Below, in pieces: positions 8,879-18,873 of a stretch of DNA of 64,000 nt. This DNA is from Acidobacteriota bacterium (GTDB lineage: Bacteria > Acidobacteriota > UBA890 > WLXD01). The notes beneath the pieces are model-generated. The model was not told the DNA's origin. It ran no database searches and was given only the letters and a program-made list of their open reading frames with translations. The number at the start of each line of letters is the position of its first letter. Position 1 is the first letter of the stretch. A program made the translations under genes and the position numbers. The DNA lies in the NCBI GenBank assembly GCA_965248695.1, contig CBDFKD010000002.1, positions 5,440,001 to 5,504,000 of the forward strand, written 5' to 3'.

Positions 8879-10270
8879 ATGACCTCTCGACACTTCCTGA
8901 CGCATCGTGCTCTGCTCACGATTTGTTCGACACTGCTGCTGCTCTCCGTTGAGAGCGCGCTTGGACAATGGTCCATACCGGGAGAGCTGCAGGCGCAAGC
9001 GAGTGTGCTGAACGAAGAACAGATCGAGTTCATTACGTCGGGCGAGATACTCAAATACATTCCGGAGCGGCAACTCGAACACGAGCTCGCCACGCGTGAT
9101 GCGGACAGCCTGCGATCTCTGATGGACGACCTGATGTCGCTCGCCGACAAGATGGGGTATGACCCGGAGCGAGACATGGGCGCGGCACCGCTCAACCTCA
9201 CTACAAAGGGTTTCGCAGGGGCCGTTCCTACGCCGGCTTTGTTGCGCGATTTCGAACGCGAGCCGGGTCCGTTCAGGGTGAACCGTTACCTGTTTCCGAA
9301 AACCGGTGTGCCTACGTTTGGTGGCGCCGCCGTTGCTATCTGGCCGGAAGATCTCGTCGCAGGCAGTGTGGACGTGGCGATCGTCGGCGTGCCGAGCAAT
9401 CTGAGCAGCGGCCGGCGCGACGCCAAGAACGGCCCGAACGAAATGCGTGGCCTGAACACCATTGCCATGCCAGATGTGCAATCCCTGGTGAAGCCGTTCG
9501 AAACGCTCTCCGTGGTCGACTACGGTGATTTTGCTGTCGACCGGCTGAGCACAGAAAGAACCGTCAACCACGTTGCCGCCATGGTTGCCGAAACCGCGGG
9601 CACCGGCGCCATCCCGATGCTGGTCGGCGGTGACACTTCCTTGCTCTACCCTGCGGTCAGTGGCGTCGCCGGGGTCCACGGAAGTGGGAGCTTTGGATTG
9701 CTGCACTTCAGCGCCCATCCGGATGTCGAGCGCAACGGTGACCATACGATCTCCGACCGCCAGGCGCTTTTCCTGCTGTTGGACGAGGGCATCGTGGAGG
9801 GCGGCGGAACCATCCTGGTGGGCCTTCGCGGGCCAACGGTCGATACTGACACCCTGCAGTGGCTGCGTGACAAGCGTGTGCGCTACCACACGATGGCTGA
9901 GTTCCGGCAACGCGGATCCGAGGCAGTCATGCAACGGGTACTGCAGGAAGTCGCCACAGGCCCCGACGCCTATTTCGTCTCAATCGATGTCAGCGTCGTG
10001 AATCCTGCCGAGATGGTTGGGGCTGGGCGTGCAACGCACAATGGCTTGCGTCTCGAGGAAGTGACCCAGGCGGTCCGCCATGTGTGCGCGGCGAAACAGA
10101 TCGTCGGTTTCGAGATTACCGACATGGCCCCGATGCTGGATCTCTCCCGACTATCGGTAATGCATGCGAACGCGGTGCTGAATGCCTGCCTGGTCGGCAT
10201 CGCGGTGCGCAAGGCCGGCCTCGACCCGGACTACGTTCATCCCCTGGCACTCGATCATGGGCAGCGATAG
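8879..10270 (+). CDS. Secreted arginase/agmatinase-fold protein with degenerate metal-binding motifs
   Basis: PTFGG, GPNEMR and VVDYGD are present, but the ligand motifs read GGDTS, HFSAHPD and SIDVS. Signal peptide present; the start could be 8831. Confidence 0.8.
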   Translation: MTSRHFLTHRALLTICSTLLLLSVESALGQWSIPGELQAQASVLNEEQIEFITSGEILKYIPERQLEHELATRDADSLRSLMDDLMSLADKMGYDPERDMGAAPLNLTTKGFAGAVPTPALLRDFEREPGPFRVNRYLFPKTGVPTFGGAAVAIWPEDLVAGSVDVAIVGVPSNLSSGRRDAKNGPNEMRGLNTIAMPDVQSLVKPFETLSVVDYGDFAVDRLSTERTVNHVAAMVAETAGTGAIPMLVGGDTSLLYPAVSGVAGVHGSGSFGLLHFSAHPDVERNGDHTISDRQALFLLLDEGIVEGGGTILVGLRGPTVDTDTLQWLRDKRVRYHTMAEFRQRGSEAVMQRVLQEVATGPDAYFVSIDVSVVNPAEMVGAGRATHNGLRLEEVTQAVRHVCAAKQIVGFEITDMAPMLDLSRLSVMHANAVLNACLVGIAVRKAGLDPDYVHPLALDHGQR

Positions 10271-11872
10271 ATGCGCCGGGCACACACGAATTGGGGCACT
10301 GTCATGACAGTCGGTTCGATCAACGGTCGCGGCGCGCTGTTCTTGCTTGTGGCGGCGGCGGCATCCGTTGCCTGGGCCCAGGATGAAAGGCCTGCTACCC
10401 AGGAGCATGTTGTCGGTGAGCGGGCGTATCCGTTTGACACCGTCGACCCACGGGAGGAGGACAAGCCGCCTATTGAGCTGCCCGACAGCGTGGCGTCGAA
10501 GCTCGAACTGCTGACGCCGGAGCAGATCGAGTTTCTGAAGAGCGGCGATGCGCGTGCCTTTACCGGACCGGCTGAAGAAGCCGTTGAAGCGCTCGAGAAG
10601 CGCACACCGGAGGAAGTAAAGACCTGGGTCGAGGCCATGCAACAGGCAGTAGAAGAAAACCGCTACACCGAAGGACGCGACCTGCCCAACATTCCCTTCA
10701 ATACTGAATCGGCCGACTTCAATGCATGGCGATTGCTGCGTCCCCGCTCCATGGATCCAGAGCGGGAGGCGGGACCGGTGGCGCTCGGTCGCTATCGCGG
10801 CGGGGGCGGTCCACCAACGTTCGGCGGTTTCCCGCTGGCGCTCTCGAAGGACGACCTTGTCGCTGGCGAGGTGGATGTCGCCATCCTCGGGGCGCCCCTG
10901 AACATGGGCGGGGGATGGCGCGACTCGGGTGAGCGCGCCACCGTCGAGCTTCGCCTGCGCGGCCGGGCCATGGGCGGAGAGGACCAGTATGTACAGATCA
11001 GTGCATCTGAGGTACTGACCGTCGTGGACTACGGCGACGTTGCAGTAGACAACAACAGCACCGAGCGGTCCATGCGCCACGTACGCGAGATCGTGCGCGA
11101 GATCGCGGAGACGGGAGCCGTACCCATGATCGTCGGCGGCGACCACTCATTGGAATACCCCAATGTTGCCGCCCTGGCCGACGTTTACGGCAAGGAAAAC
11201 ATATCGGTTATTCACTTCGACTCGCATTACGATGCGTGGTGGGGCGGCGCCCACCTGATCAGTCATGGACTCCCCGTCTACCGCCTGATCAACGAAGGTC
11301 ATGTGCGGGCTGCGGACTACATCCAGGTCGGGCTGCGCTCGGCCGGACCCGACAAGTCGGGGTTCACCTGGATGCGGGAACAGGGCATGCGTTATCACAA
11401 CATGGCCGAGATTGAGCGGCGGGGCTGGGATGCCGTGCTTGACCGGATTGTGTCCGAGGCCAGTGAAGAGGGTCGCAAGCTGCATATCTCTTTCGACATT
11501 GATGTTCTCGATCCCGCATTCGCGGTGGCTACCGGCACGCCGGTTCCGGGAGGACTCACCATGCGCGAGGCGATCACTATCATCCGCCGCCTGTGCGCGG
11601 AGTCCAATGTAGTGGGATTCGACCTGGTCGAATTCCACCCTGGACTGGATCCGACCTACACGACTGCGCTCAACAGTGCGCATATCGTCAAGGCGTGCCT
11701 TACGGGACTCGCGATGAACAAGGAAGGGCTGACCGCGAAGCACTACCTGAGCCCGTTGTCATCCGAGCACGCCATAGACGACTACTATGGCGACCAGCAA
11801 CTGTATCTGGACTCGACGAAGGTAGAAAAAGAGAAGGAAGGAGAGAAAGAGAAGGAACAAAAGAAAGAGTGA
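10271..11872 (+). CDS. Secreted agmatinase/ureohydrolase family protein with intact motifs
   Basis: GGDHS, HFDSHYD, SHG, SFDIDVLDP and GFDLVE; signal peptide ending AWA-Q; KE-rich tail. Confidence 0.88.
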   Translation: MRRAHTNWGTVMTVGSINGRGALFLLVAAAASVAWAQDERPATQEHVVGERAYPFDTVDPREEDKPPIELPDSVASKLELLTPEQIEFLKSGDARAFTGPAEEAVEALEKRTPEEVKTWVEAMQQAVEENRYTEGRDLPNIPFNTESADFNAWRLLRPRSMDPEREAGPVALGRYRGGGGPPTFGGFPLALSKDDLVAGEVDVAILGAPLNMGGGWRDSGERATVELRLRGRAMGGEDQYVQISASEVLTVVDYGDVAVDNNSTERSMRHVREIVREIAETGAVPMIVGGDHSLEYPNVAALADVYGKENISVIHFDSHYDAWWGGAHLISHGLPVYRLINEGHVRAADYIQVGLRSAGPDKSGFTWMREQGMRYHNMAEIERRGWDAVLDRIVSEASEEGRKLHISFDIDVLDPAFAVATGTPVPGGLTMREAITIIRRLCAESNVVGFDLVEFHPGLDPTYTTALNSAHIVKACLTGLAMNKEGLTAKHYLSPLSSEHAIDDYYGDQQLYLDSTKVEKEKEGEKEKEQKKE

Positions 11873-12004
11873 CTACGCACAACCTCGCCTCGCGTCTCAC
11901 GCCTTCTGGCCAGCGCTGTCCAATCGATATGCCGCCGAGGCAGTGAGTGGTCCCTTTGAGCTTCGAGCGCCGCCCCCATCGTGCTATGTTCGATTCCGTC
12001 CCTG

Positions 12005-12232
12005 ATGCCCCGGCGAGACGAACAGGTTGCGTCGCCATTGATTGAACAGATCCGAATCCCCTGCCAGAACTGCGGCTACGAGTATCAGCAACCGGTCACG
12101 CAGTGGCAGGCTACCGTTAGCTTCACGTGTTCCGGGTGCTCCCACGCGAACCGGCTCGATACCCACCAGACACGCGAGCGGATAGCCAGCCTGCGGGAAT
12201 CTCGTGGCGGCCAGGGGCGGGCCCTCCTGTAG
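12005..12232 (+). CDS. Small putative zinc-ribbon protein
   Basis: CQNC...CSGC pair in a 75-aa ORF. Confidence 0.45.
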   Translation: MPRRDEQVASPLIEQIRIPCQNCGYEYQQPVTQWQATVSFTCSGCSHANRLDTHQTRERIASLRESRGGQGRALL

Positions 12233-12351
12233 CTGAAACCGCCCTGGGAAGCCGCATGGCTGAACGCAGGAGCGCCGCCTCAGCGTGATAGCGTTTGTCG
12301 CGCTGGGCAACTCGCCCGGTCCGATGCTGTTCATGGCCGTAGGGGGCCGGC

Positions 12352-13692
12352 TTGGTGGTGCACGGCAAACGCGAGTGGCTGGCACGGCGTATCGCCGATA
12401 TCTGCATCGGGCTGTCGCGGCGCTCGGTCCGCTGCAAGCTCTTGTTCGCCGACGTCGCCAGCCGTGTGTTCCTGTGGGACAAAGCCGAACTTTCCGACGA
12501 GCGTTTGCCCGACGCTGTCGACCCGGGGCGGATGGACGCCTACAACGCCGCCGCGGAGAACTACTTCGAGCGCGTCACGGATCCGGAGTACTTGCTCCAC
12601 AAGCCTTTCTCCGATCGTGTTCATTTCGCGCGGCGGCTATTCGATGTGGGCGTGCTGCTGTACTGGATGCGCATCCGGCCCGGGCACGTCGTCGCGGAGA
12701 TCGGTGCCGGCTCGTGCTGGCTGTCGCACATGCTCAACCGCTTCGGCTGTCGGACGCTGGCAGTGGACGTTTCGACCACGGTGCTCGGACTCGGGCGTAC
12801 CCTCTTCGAACGCGATCCGGCGACCCGATGGGAGTTACAGCCCGAGTTCCTCGAGTACGACGGGCGCCGCTTGCCGATGGACGACAACAGCGTCGACCGG
12901 ATCGTCGTGTACGACGCCTTCCATCACGTACCGAACCCTGGCGAGATTCTCGCCGAGATGCACCGGGTGCTGCGCTTCGGCGGGATCGTCGGCATGCGTG
13001 AGCCGGGACCGGCGCACTCGACTTCGGAGAAGAGCCTGGCGGAGACCCGCGATCACGGTGTCCTGGAGAGCTTTGTCGATCCACGCACGATTGATCGCGT
13101 GGCGCAGGAGGTGGGGTTCAGCCGAGGCACGGTCGTGCCGATCACACTGGACCGTTCGCTCGAAGTGCCGATCCCGGAGTTGGCGGAGTTCATGCGCGGC
13201 AAGTACCTGCGCGCTTATTGGGAGCGCTTGAGCGAGGACCTGCGCGATCACAGCTTCTTGTTGCTGTACAAGGGCGCCGGTACGCCGGACAGCCGCGCTC
13301 CCGAGATCCTCGCCGCCGAGATCGAGCCTACAAAGGAGATCGAGCCGCTGGTTCTGCGGGTCGGTGAGCCGGGTCGCCTTCGCGTGCGAGTAGGCAATAC
13401 GGGCGACACGATATGGCTGGCGGATATTCCGGGACAATCCGGCTGGGTTCGCCTCGGGCTCAGCCTGCATACAGCCGACGCCGAGGCGTCGCTCCTGGAA
13501 CGCGACTGGCATCGCGGCGTGTTACCGCACGACGTGGAGCCCGGGGGCGAGGCGCTGGTCGATCTGGAGTTGCCGCCGCTTGCCGAACCGGGCGAGTACC
13601 GGGTGGTCGTCGATCTGGTTGCCGAGGAGATCGCCTGGTTCGCCGATCTCGGCACCGAGCCCGCGGTCGTGTCGGTCACGACGCGGACCTAG
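12352..13692 (+). CDS. Class I SAM-dependent methyltransferase with C-terminal beta-sandwich domain
   Basis: AEIGAGSCW, LPMDDNSVD and AFHHV motifs; C-terminal VGNTGDTIW...LPHDVEPG...PGEYRVVVDLV. Confidence 0.8.
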   Translation: MVVHGKREWLARRIADICIGLSRRSVRCKLLFADVASRVFLWDKAELSDERLPDAVDPGRMDAYNAAAENYFERVTDPEYLLHKPFSDRVHFARRLFDVGVLLYWMRIRPGHVVAEIGAGSCWLSHMLNRFGCRTLAVDVSTTVLGLGRTLFERDPATRWELQPEFLEYDGRRLPMDDNSVDRIVVYDAFHHVPNPGEILAEMHRVLRFGGIVGMREPGPAHSTSEKSLAETRDHGVLESFVDPRTIDRVAQEVGFSRGTVVPITLDRSLEVPIPELAEFMRGKYLRAYWERLSEDLRDHSFLLLYKGAGTPDSRAPEILAAEIEPTKEIEPLVLRVGEPGRLRVRVGNTGDTIWLADIPGQSGWVRLGLSLHTADAEASLLERDWHRGVLPHDVEPGGEALVDLELPPLAEPGEYRVVVDLVAEEIAWFADLGTEPAVVSVTTRT

Positions 13693-13729
13693 TGGCCTGT
13701 AACAGCCGAGGTCCGCCAGTGCTGAATCC

Positions 13730-15139
13730 CTACTGTATGTAGCCCATGGCGCGTAGCTGGCGTCGCAGCTCCGGGTTCATCTCGACCGGCTCGGCATTCG
13801 CGAGCGCCGCCGTGGAGCGCAAGGCCGCCAGGTTCAGCTCTAGCCCGGCCATGACGTGCGGATAGACGCCGGACACGTCATCAAGCTCCATCGGATCCGC
13901 TGCAAGGTCATACAGCGCCCCGTCGAGCAGCTTCCAGCGCTTCGTCCTAATCGAGCTCGGCAGCGGCCCATCGGTGAAATCGATCTGACTCACCGCAAAA
14001 ACCCCGTCGGAGCGGCGATTCAGCAGTCGATCCAGGAGGCTAGTGCCCTGAAAGGCGGTTTCCGTCTCGATCCCTAGCACGTCGACGACCGTCGGCAAGA
14101 TATCGATGCCTCGAGCGATCTCCTCGACCGTGCCACCGGCATACTGCGAGTGTGGAAACTTCACCAGCAACGGCACCTTGAGCAGCTCATCGTACAGGGT
14201 GTAGGAGTGCCAGCCCATGCGGCCGCGCTCCCCGAACTCCTCGCCATGATCCGACGTGAAGATGATCATCGACTGGTCATAGATCCCACGCGTCTTCAGA
14301 TCGTCGATCAGCGCGCCGAAGGCGTCGTCCATGTGGCGGATCTCGCCATCGTACGCGGCCACGATGTGCTCGCGATCCGCGGCCGACATGCCCGAAGGGT
14401 TCTCAAACGCCGACCTCAGATAGTCGACCCCGATCTCGTCATCGAGCTCCCCGTCATAGTCAGGATCAAACATGCGCAGGTACTCGATGGGCGGCGTGTA
14501 CGGCGTGTGGACCTCGTAGGTGTGCAGCATCAAGAAGAACTGCTCGTTGCCGTATTCCTCCAGAAAGGGCTCGGCGCTGGCGAGGGTGTCGAAGAACCGC
14601 GACTTGTGGGTCATGTCGCCCTCGAAGTTGTTCCACACGTCGAAGCCTTGATCGAGGTTGTACTTGTTGTGCATCTGCGCTCCCGCCGTGTAGGCACCGG
14701 TACGGAAACCGGACTGCCAGAGAATCTCGGCCATGGTCACAGCCTCGTCCGGCAGCGGCAGATCGGCGGAGCGGAAAGCGCGGTGTTGCTCGGGCAGCAA
14801 CGACGTGAGAATCGAAGCGTGCGAAGGCAGGGTGGAGGGCGCGTGGGCGATGGCGTCGTCGAAGCGCACCGCATCTGCCGCGAAGCGGTCGATGTTGGGC
14901 GTCGTGTCGCGCCTATAACCATAGGCTCCGACGTGGTCCTGGCGTAGCGTATCGATCGAGATCAGGATCACGTTGCAGTCGGAGCAAACGTAATCCTCGC
15001 CGCCGAACCCCGGACCACCGTTCAGCCCACGTGCCAGCGGAAAGGTGAGCGCGAGATCTACCGTGTCGGCCGCCTGCCACATGACGAACGCCAGGGCCAG
15101 AAGAGCTGCGGCGTTGGTCTTGAGGCCGAAACGCGACAT
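13730..15139 (-). CDS. Sulfatase/alkaline-phosphatase superfamily protein
   Basis: NVILISIDTLRQDH, STLPSHASILT, TSDHGE, LYDL and the LRAMGY C-terminus. Confidence 0.88.
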   Translation of the reverse strand: MSRFGLKTNAAALLALAFVMWQAADTVDLALTFPLARGLNGGPGFGGEDYVCSDCNVILISIDTLRQDHVGAYGYRRDTTPNIDRFAADAVRFDDAIAHAPSTLPSHASILTSLLPEQHRAFRSADLPLPDEAVTMAEILWQSGFRTGAYTAGAQMHNKYNLDQGFDVWNNFEGDMTHKSRFFDTLASAEPFLEEYGNEQFFLMLHTYEVHTPYTPPIEYLRMFDPDYDGELDDEIGVDYLRSAFENPSGMSAADREHIVAAYDGEIRHMDDAFGALIDDLKTRGIYDQSMIIFTSDHGEEFGERGRMGWHSYTLYDELLKVPLLVKFPHSQYAGGTVEEIARGIDILPTVVDVLGIETETAFQGTSLLDRLLNRRSDGVFAVSQIDFTDGPLPSSIRTKRWKLLDGALYDLAADPMELDDVSGVYPHVMAGLELNLAALRSTAALANAEPVEMNPELRRQLRAMGYIQ

Positions 15140-15536
15140 TGACGGCGAAGGAGGGCTCGGGGCACGGCTACGAGTGGATGGTGGGATGCACGCACGCCCA
15201 TCGACGGATGCCTCGGAGCGGGTCGGCTCATTGTAGGTGATCGACGGCCACCCCGCATGATGGCGGCGAACCGTGCGGGTTCGGTTTGGACACGGCGCTC
15301 CTCCGTGGAATCCGATCAAGGCAGCGCCGCCGAGGCTAGATGACGGCGCGCAAGTTCGCCGTGCCCCGCCGTGCGCTGCTGGTCCTCAACGTCACCTCCT
15401 GACCGCCCAAGTGGCCTGCAGACGGAGAAAAGGCATGCATGGCCCATCGCCACAGCGATAACTTGGCGGTGTACGCGAAGCGCCGGCCGCTGGCGCTCTC
15501 GACCCGTTCGCACACCCCGGGGACGACGAACCAGAG

Positions 15537-16622
15537 ATGCCCGCAGAGCTGGTCAGCATCATTGTTCCGACCTACAACCGTGCCTACTGTCTGCAGGCCG
15601 CGATCGACAGCGTGCGGGCGCAGTCCCACGCTGATTGGGAGCTCATCGTCGTCGACGACGGTTCCATCGACGCTACGCCGGATCTCCTGGAACGCTACGC
15701 GAACGACGAGCGGATCCGCTATATGAAGCGGGCCAACGGCGGTGTCGCGGCGGCGCGCAACACCGGGCTGGCTGAGGCACGCGGAAACTACATTGCCTTC
15801 CTCGACTCGGACGATACCTGGAAGCCGTTCAAGCTCCGCCTGCAGCTCGACGTCATGCACGCGCTTCCCGAGATCGGCATGGTGTGGACCGAGATGGAGG
15901 CCGTCCGCAGCGACGGGCGGCTCGAGAGCCCCGCGTATCTCGCCATCATGTACCACAACTATCGGCGTTTCCCGAAGACCGACTTGTTCAGCACCGCCGT
16001 GCCCCTCGGCAAGCTGCTACCGGCGTCCAACGTCACGGCGCGCGGCGCCTGCGTGTATAGCGGCTCGATTTTCTCGCCGATGCTCGCTGGAAATCTGGTG
16101 CACACATCCACGGTACTGCTCCGGCGCGAGATCGCTGACCAGGTTGGCGGCTTCAACGAGCACCTGCGACCGACGGGTGAAGATTTCGATTACCACCTAC
16201 GGACGTGCCGGACGGCACCCGTCGCGCTGGTGGACGTGGCCACCATGACCTACATGGTCGGTCGAGACGACCAGCTGACGTGCGACAACCTGCAGCACGG
16301 GATGGCCCTCAACTACCTGCGTACGATCGAGCCGGTGATCCAGCAGGACCGCGCTCTTCTGCACTGGTCGGATCGTCAGCTCGGTGAGCTGCGGGCCGCG
16401 GCCTACGAGTGGGCCGGCATGAGCTGTTATTACAACGGTGACTACCGCAGCGCTCGACGGCACTTGAGACAGAGCCTCCGCCAACAATGGAGCTGGCGCG
16501 CCGGTTTGTACGCTGGCCTGACGGCACTACCGAGTGAAGCGCTGCGCCTGGCGCGCGGCGCCGGGCGGGCGGTCCGGGATCGGACCTGGAAGAATCGGGA
16601 CACCGACAAGGTGGCCGCGTAG
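15537..16622 (+). CDS. Glycosyltransferase family 2
   Basis: VSIIVPTYNR, IVVDDGS, AARNTG, AFLDSDD and EDFD. Confidence 0.92.
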   Translation: MPAELVSIIVPTYNRAYCLQAAIDSVRAQSHADWELIVVDDGSIDATPDLLERYANDERIRYMKRANGGVAAARNTGLAEARGNYIAFLDSDDTWKPFKLRLQLDVMHALPEIGMVWTEMEAVRSDGRLESPAYLAIMYHNYRRFPKTDLFSTAVPLGKLLPASNVTARGACVYSGSIFSPMLAGNLVHTSTVLLRREIADQVGGFNEHLRPTGEDFDYHLRTCRTAPVALVDVATMTYMVGRDDQLTCDNLQHGMALNYLRTIEPVIQQDRALLHWSDRQLGELRAAAYEWAGMSCYYNGDYRSARRHLRQSLRQQWSWRAGLYAGLTALPSEALRLARGAGRAVRDRTWKNRDTDKVAA

Positions 16623-16677
16623 CGGTCGAGGGCTCAACAGCCGGCACCGAGCACCGTCGCTCAGGTAGCATGAGGCC

Positions 16678-18873
16678 ATGAGTCGAGCCGTACCATTCCT
16701 ACTACTCGCCGCGGTTGCGGGCATGCCGATAACGCCGGGGCTGACGCTGGCGACGACCCAGCAACCACCGGCAGACCTCGAGGCCTTTCCGGCCATCGAG
16801 CCTGACGCGCTACCCGACCTGTACCGTTCGTGGCTCGAGCGCGATGTGCGTTGGATCATCACGTCGGCGGAACGCGAGGTGTTCCTGCGGTTGAGCACCG
16901 ATGCGCAGCGCGACCGGTTTGTCGACGGGTTCTGGCGCAATCGCGACCCCACCCCGGGCACGCGCGCCAACGAGTATCGCGACGAACATGCGCGACGTCT
17001 CGCATTGGTCACCGAGCAATTCAGCCGCGGCTCCCCCACGCCGGGGTGGCTGGGCGACCGGGGCCGCATTTACATGCGGCTGGGCGAGCCCCGCAGCGTA
17101 GCGAGGTTTCCAAGCTCGCAACTGGCCTACCCGATGGAAATGTGGACCTACGCATCGTCGCCGGAGCTCGGGCTACCGCCGTTCTTCTATGTGCTGTTCT
17201 TTCGTCGCGGAGGCTTTGGTGACTATCGGCTCTACAGCCCGGTGGCGGATCGACCCGAGAGCCTGCTGAACCCATCTGGGCATAACTATGCGCGCGACGT
17301 GATGGTGGCCGAGGGACGCACTTCACGCGGACGCTTCACGCAGTACGGGGATCAGGTGGGGGTATTGGCGGCTCTGGATCTGGTCGACGCCGAGCTGTCG
17401 AACGCCGCGGTTAGCCTGATCCCGGGCAGCGGCATTGGAGTCGACATGTCGCCATTGCGCTCCGAGCTGCTGCTGGCGCAGATCGATGACCTACCTAGCC
17501 GCGTCATGCCGCGTGCCGACTGGGCCTACCGGGTGCTCACCGGCTCGGCCGACTCGGACGTACGCTTCGAGACCTTGCCGCTGGAGACCACGGCGATCGG
17601 GTTGCTGGACCCGTCCGGCATGCCCTTCGTTCACTATGCGCTGCGCACGCCCGGCGCCCGTTTGAACCTCCGCAGCACCGCAGAAGCCAACTACATCACC
17701 TTCGACATCACATCGTCATTGAGCTCCGGTGGACTGGCGATGACCGGCTCGCAAGAGCGTGGCGTCGAGGCCGAGTTGGACACCGGCGAAGCTCGTCGGC
17801 TCGCCCTCGGGCCGCTGAGCTATCTCGACAGGGTCCCGGCAATCCCTGGCAACTACACGCTCGCGCTCATGATCGAGAACAACGTGACGCGCGAGTTCGG
17901 CCGGCACGAGCGGCGTGTGGTGGTGCCCGCGCCGTCGCCGGGAGCGCTGTCCGGGAGTCCCGCCCTTCTGGTGGCGAAGCACGAGGACTTTGGCGCCGAC
18001 TACGATCGTTTCGGCTCCCACTATGCCTTCCAGCTTGGCCGTAACTTCGTGATTCCAGCATTCGACGGCCCGTTCCCCAGTGGCGGCACGCTGTTGATCT
18101 TTCACCAGGTGTACGCCCCCATTGAATACGTCGATGATGTGGCCGCAACGTATACTCTGCGCTCCGCCGGAGGCGAGGTCGCCGCACTCAAATCAACCGA
18201 CGTGCCGATAGCCAGGAAAGACCGGCACGGTGTGCTCAACCAGCTCACGGCGATACCGCTCGACGCGGTTGCTGCGGGGGACTACACGCTCGAGATCGAG
18301 ATCGCCATCGACGGCTGGTACCAGCCTCCGCTCCCGGTTCGCATCGTCGACGCGGACGACTACCGGCCACCGCAGGCGCACGCGTCCGCAACGCCTCCGG
18401 CCACCGACCCCGAGTCTCTGCTGACGCGTGCCCGACAGCTACGGCTACGCGGGGATCCTGAGGGCGCCCTGAGCATGGCGCAGAACGCGCTACAGCGGGA
18501 AACGGGCTCGGCCACCGCGCTGGGCCTCGTGGCCGAGCTGCTGACCGGGCTCAGGCGGCTGCCAGAGCTCCGAGCGTTGCTCGAGCCGCGCCTGGCGCAA
18601 GCGCCCAACGACGCCGCCCTGTTGTTACAACTGGCGGAAGTCGCTGCATTGCTCGCTGAGCACCGGGATGCCGTCCGGTACTACGAACGAGCACGCATCG
18701 GAGGTGCCGACGACACGCCCGAGCTACTGAACGCGCTCGCCGCCGAGTATCTCGCCGAGGGCGACGCTGGTCGTGCACGCGATCTCATCGAACGATCGCT
18801 GGCGCTCCGACCCGATCAACCCCGCATGCACGAGATGCTGGAACGCCTACCGGCCGGCATACCGGACCGCTGA
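16678..18873 (+). CDS. GWxTD-domain protein with C-terminal TPR repeats
   Basis: FWRNRDPTPGT...GWLGDRGRIYMRLGEP; helical repeats at the C-terminus; signal peptide. Confidence 0.85.
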   Translation: MSRAVPFLLLAAVAGMPITPGLTLATTQQPPADLEAFPAIEPDALPDLYRSWLERDVRWIITSAEREVFLRLSTDAQRDRFVDGFWRNRDPTPGTRANEYRDEHARRLALVTEQFSRGSPTPGWLGDRGRIYMRLGEPRSVARFPSSQLAYPMEMWTYASSPELGLPPFFYVLFFRRGGFGDYRLYSPVADRPESLLNPSGHNYARDVMVAEGRTSRGRFTQYGDQVGVLAALDLVDAELSNAAVSLIPGSGIGVDMSPLRSELLLAQIDDLPSRVMPRADWAYRVLTGSADSDVRFETLPLETTAIGLLDPSGMPFVHYALRTPGARLNLRSTAEANYITFDITSSLSSGGLAMTGSQERGVEAELDTGEARRLALGPLSYLDRVPAIPGNYTLALMIENNVTREFGRHERRVVVPAPSPGALSGSPALLVAKHEDFGADYDRFGSHYAFQLGRNFVIPAFDGPFPSGGTLLIFHQVYAPIEYVDDVAATYTLRSAGGEVAALKSTDVPIARKDRHGVLNQLTAIPLDAVAAGDYTLEIEIAIDGWYQPPLPVRIVDADDYRPPQAHASATPPATDPESLLTRARQLRLRGDPEGALSMAQNALQRETGSATALGLVAELLTGLRRLPELRALLEPRLAQAPNDAALLLQLAEVAALLAEHRDAVRYYERARIGGADDTPELLNALAAEYLAEGDAGRARDLIERSLALRPDQPRMHEMLERLPAGIPDR

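Noticed and set aside
11820-11872. Purine-rich tract
   Set aside because: It simply encodes the low-complexity KE-rich tail of the ureohydrolase.
12233-12351. Possible integrase or att remnant at the right boundary of the foreign block
   Set aside because: No catalytic motif and no duplicate of the tRNA end is visible.
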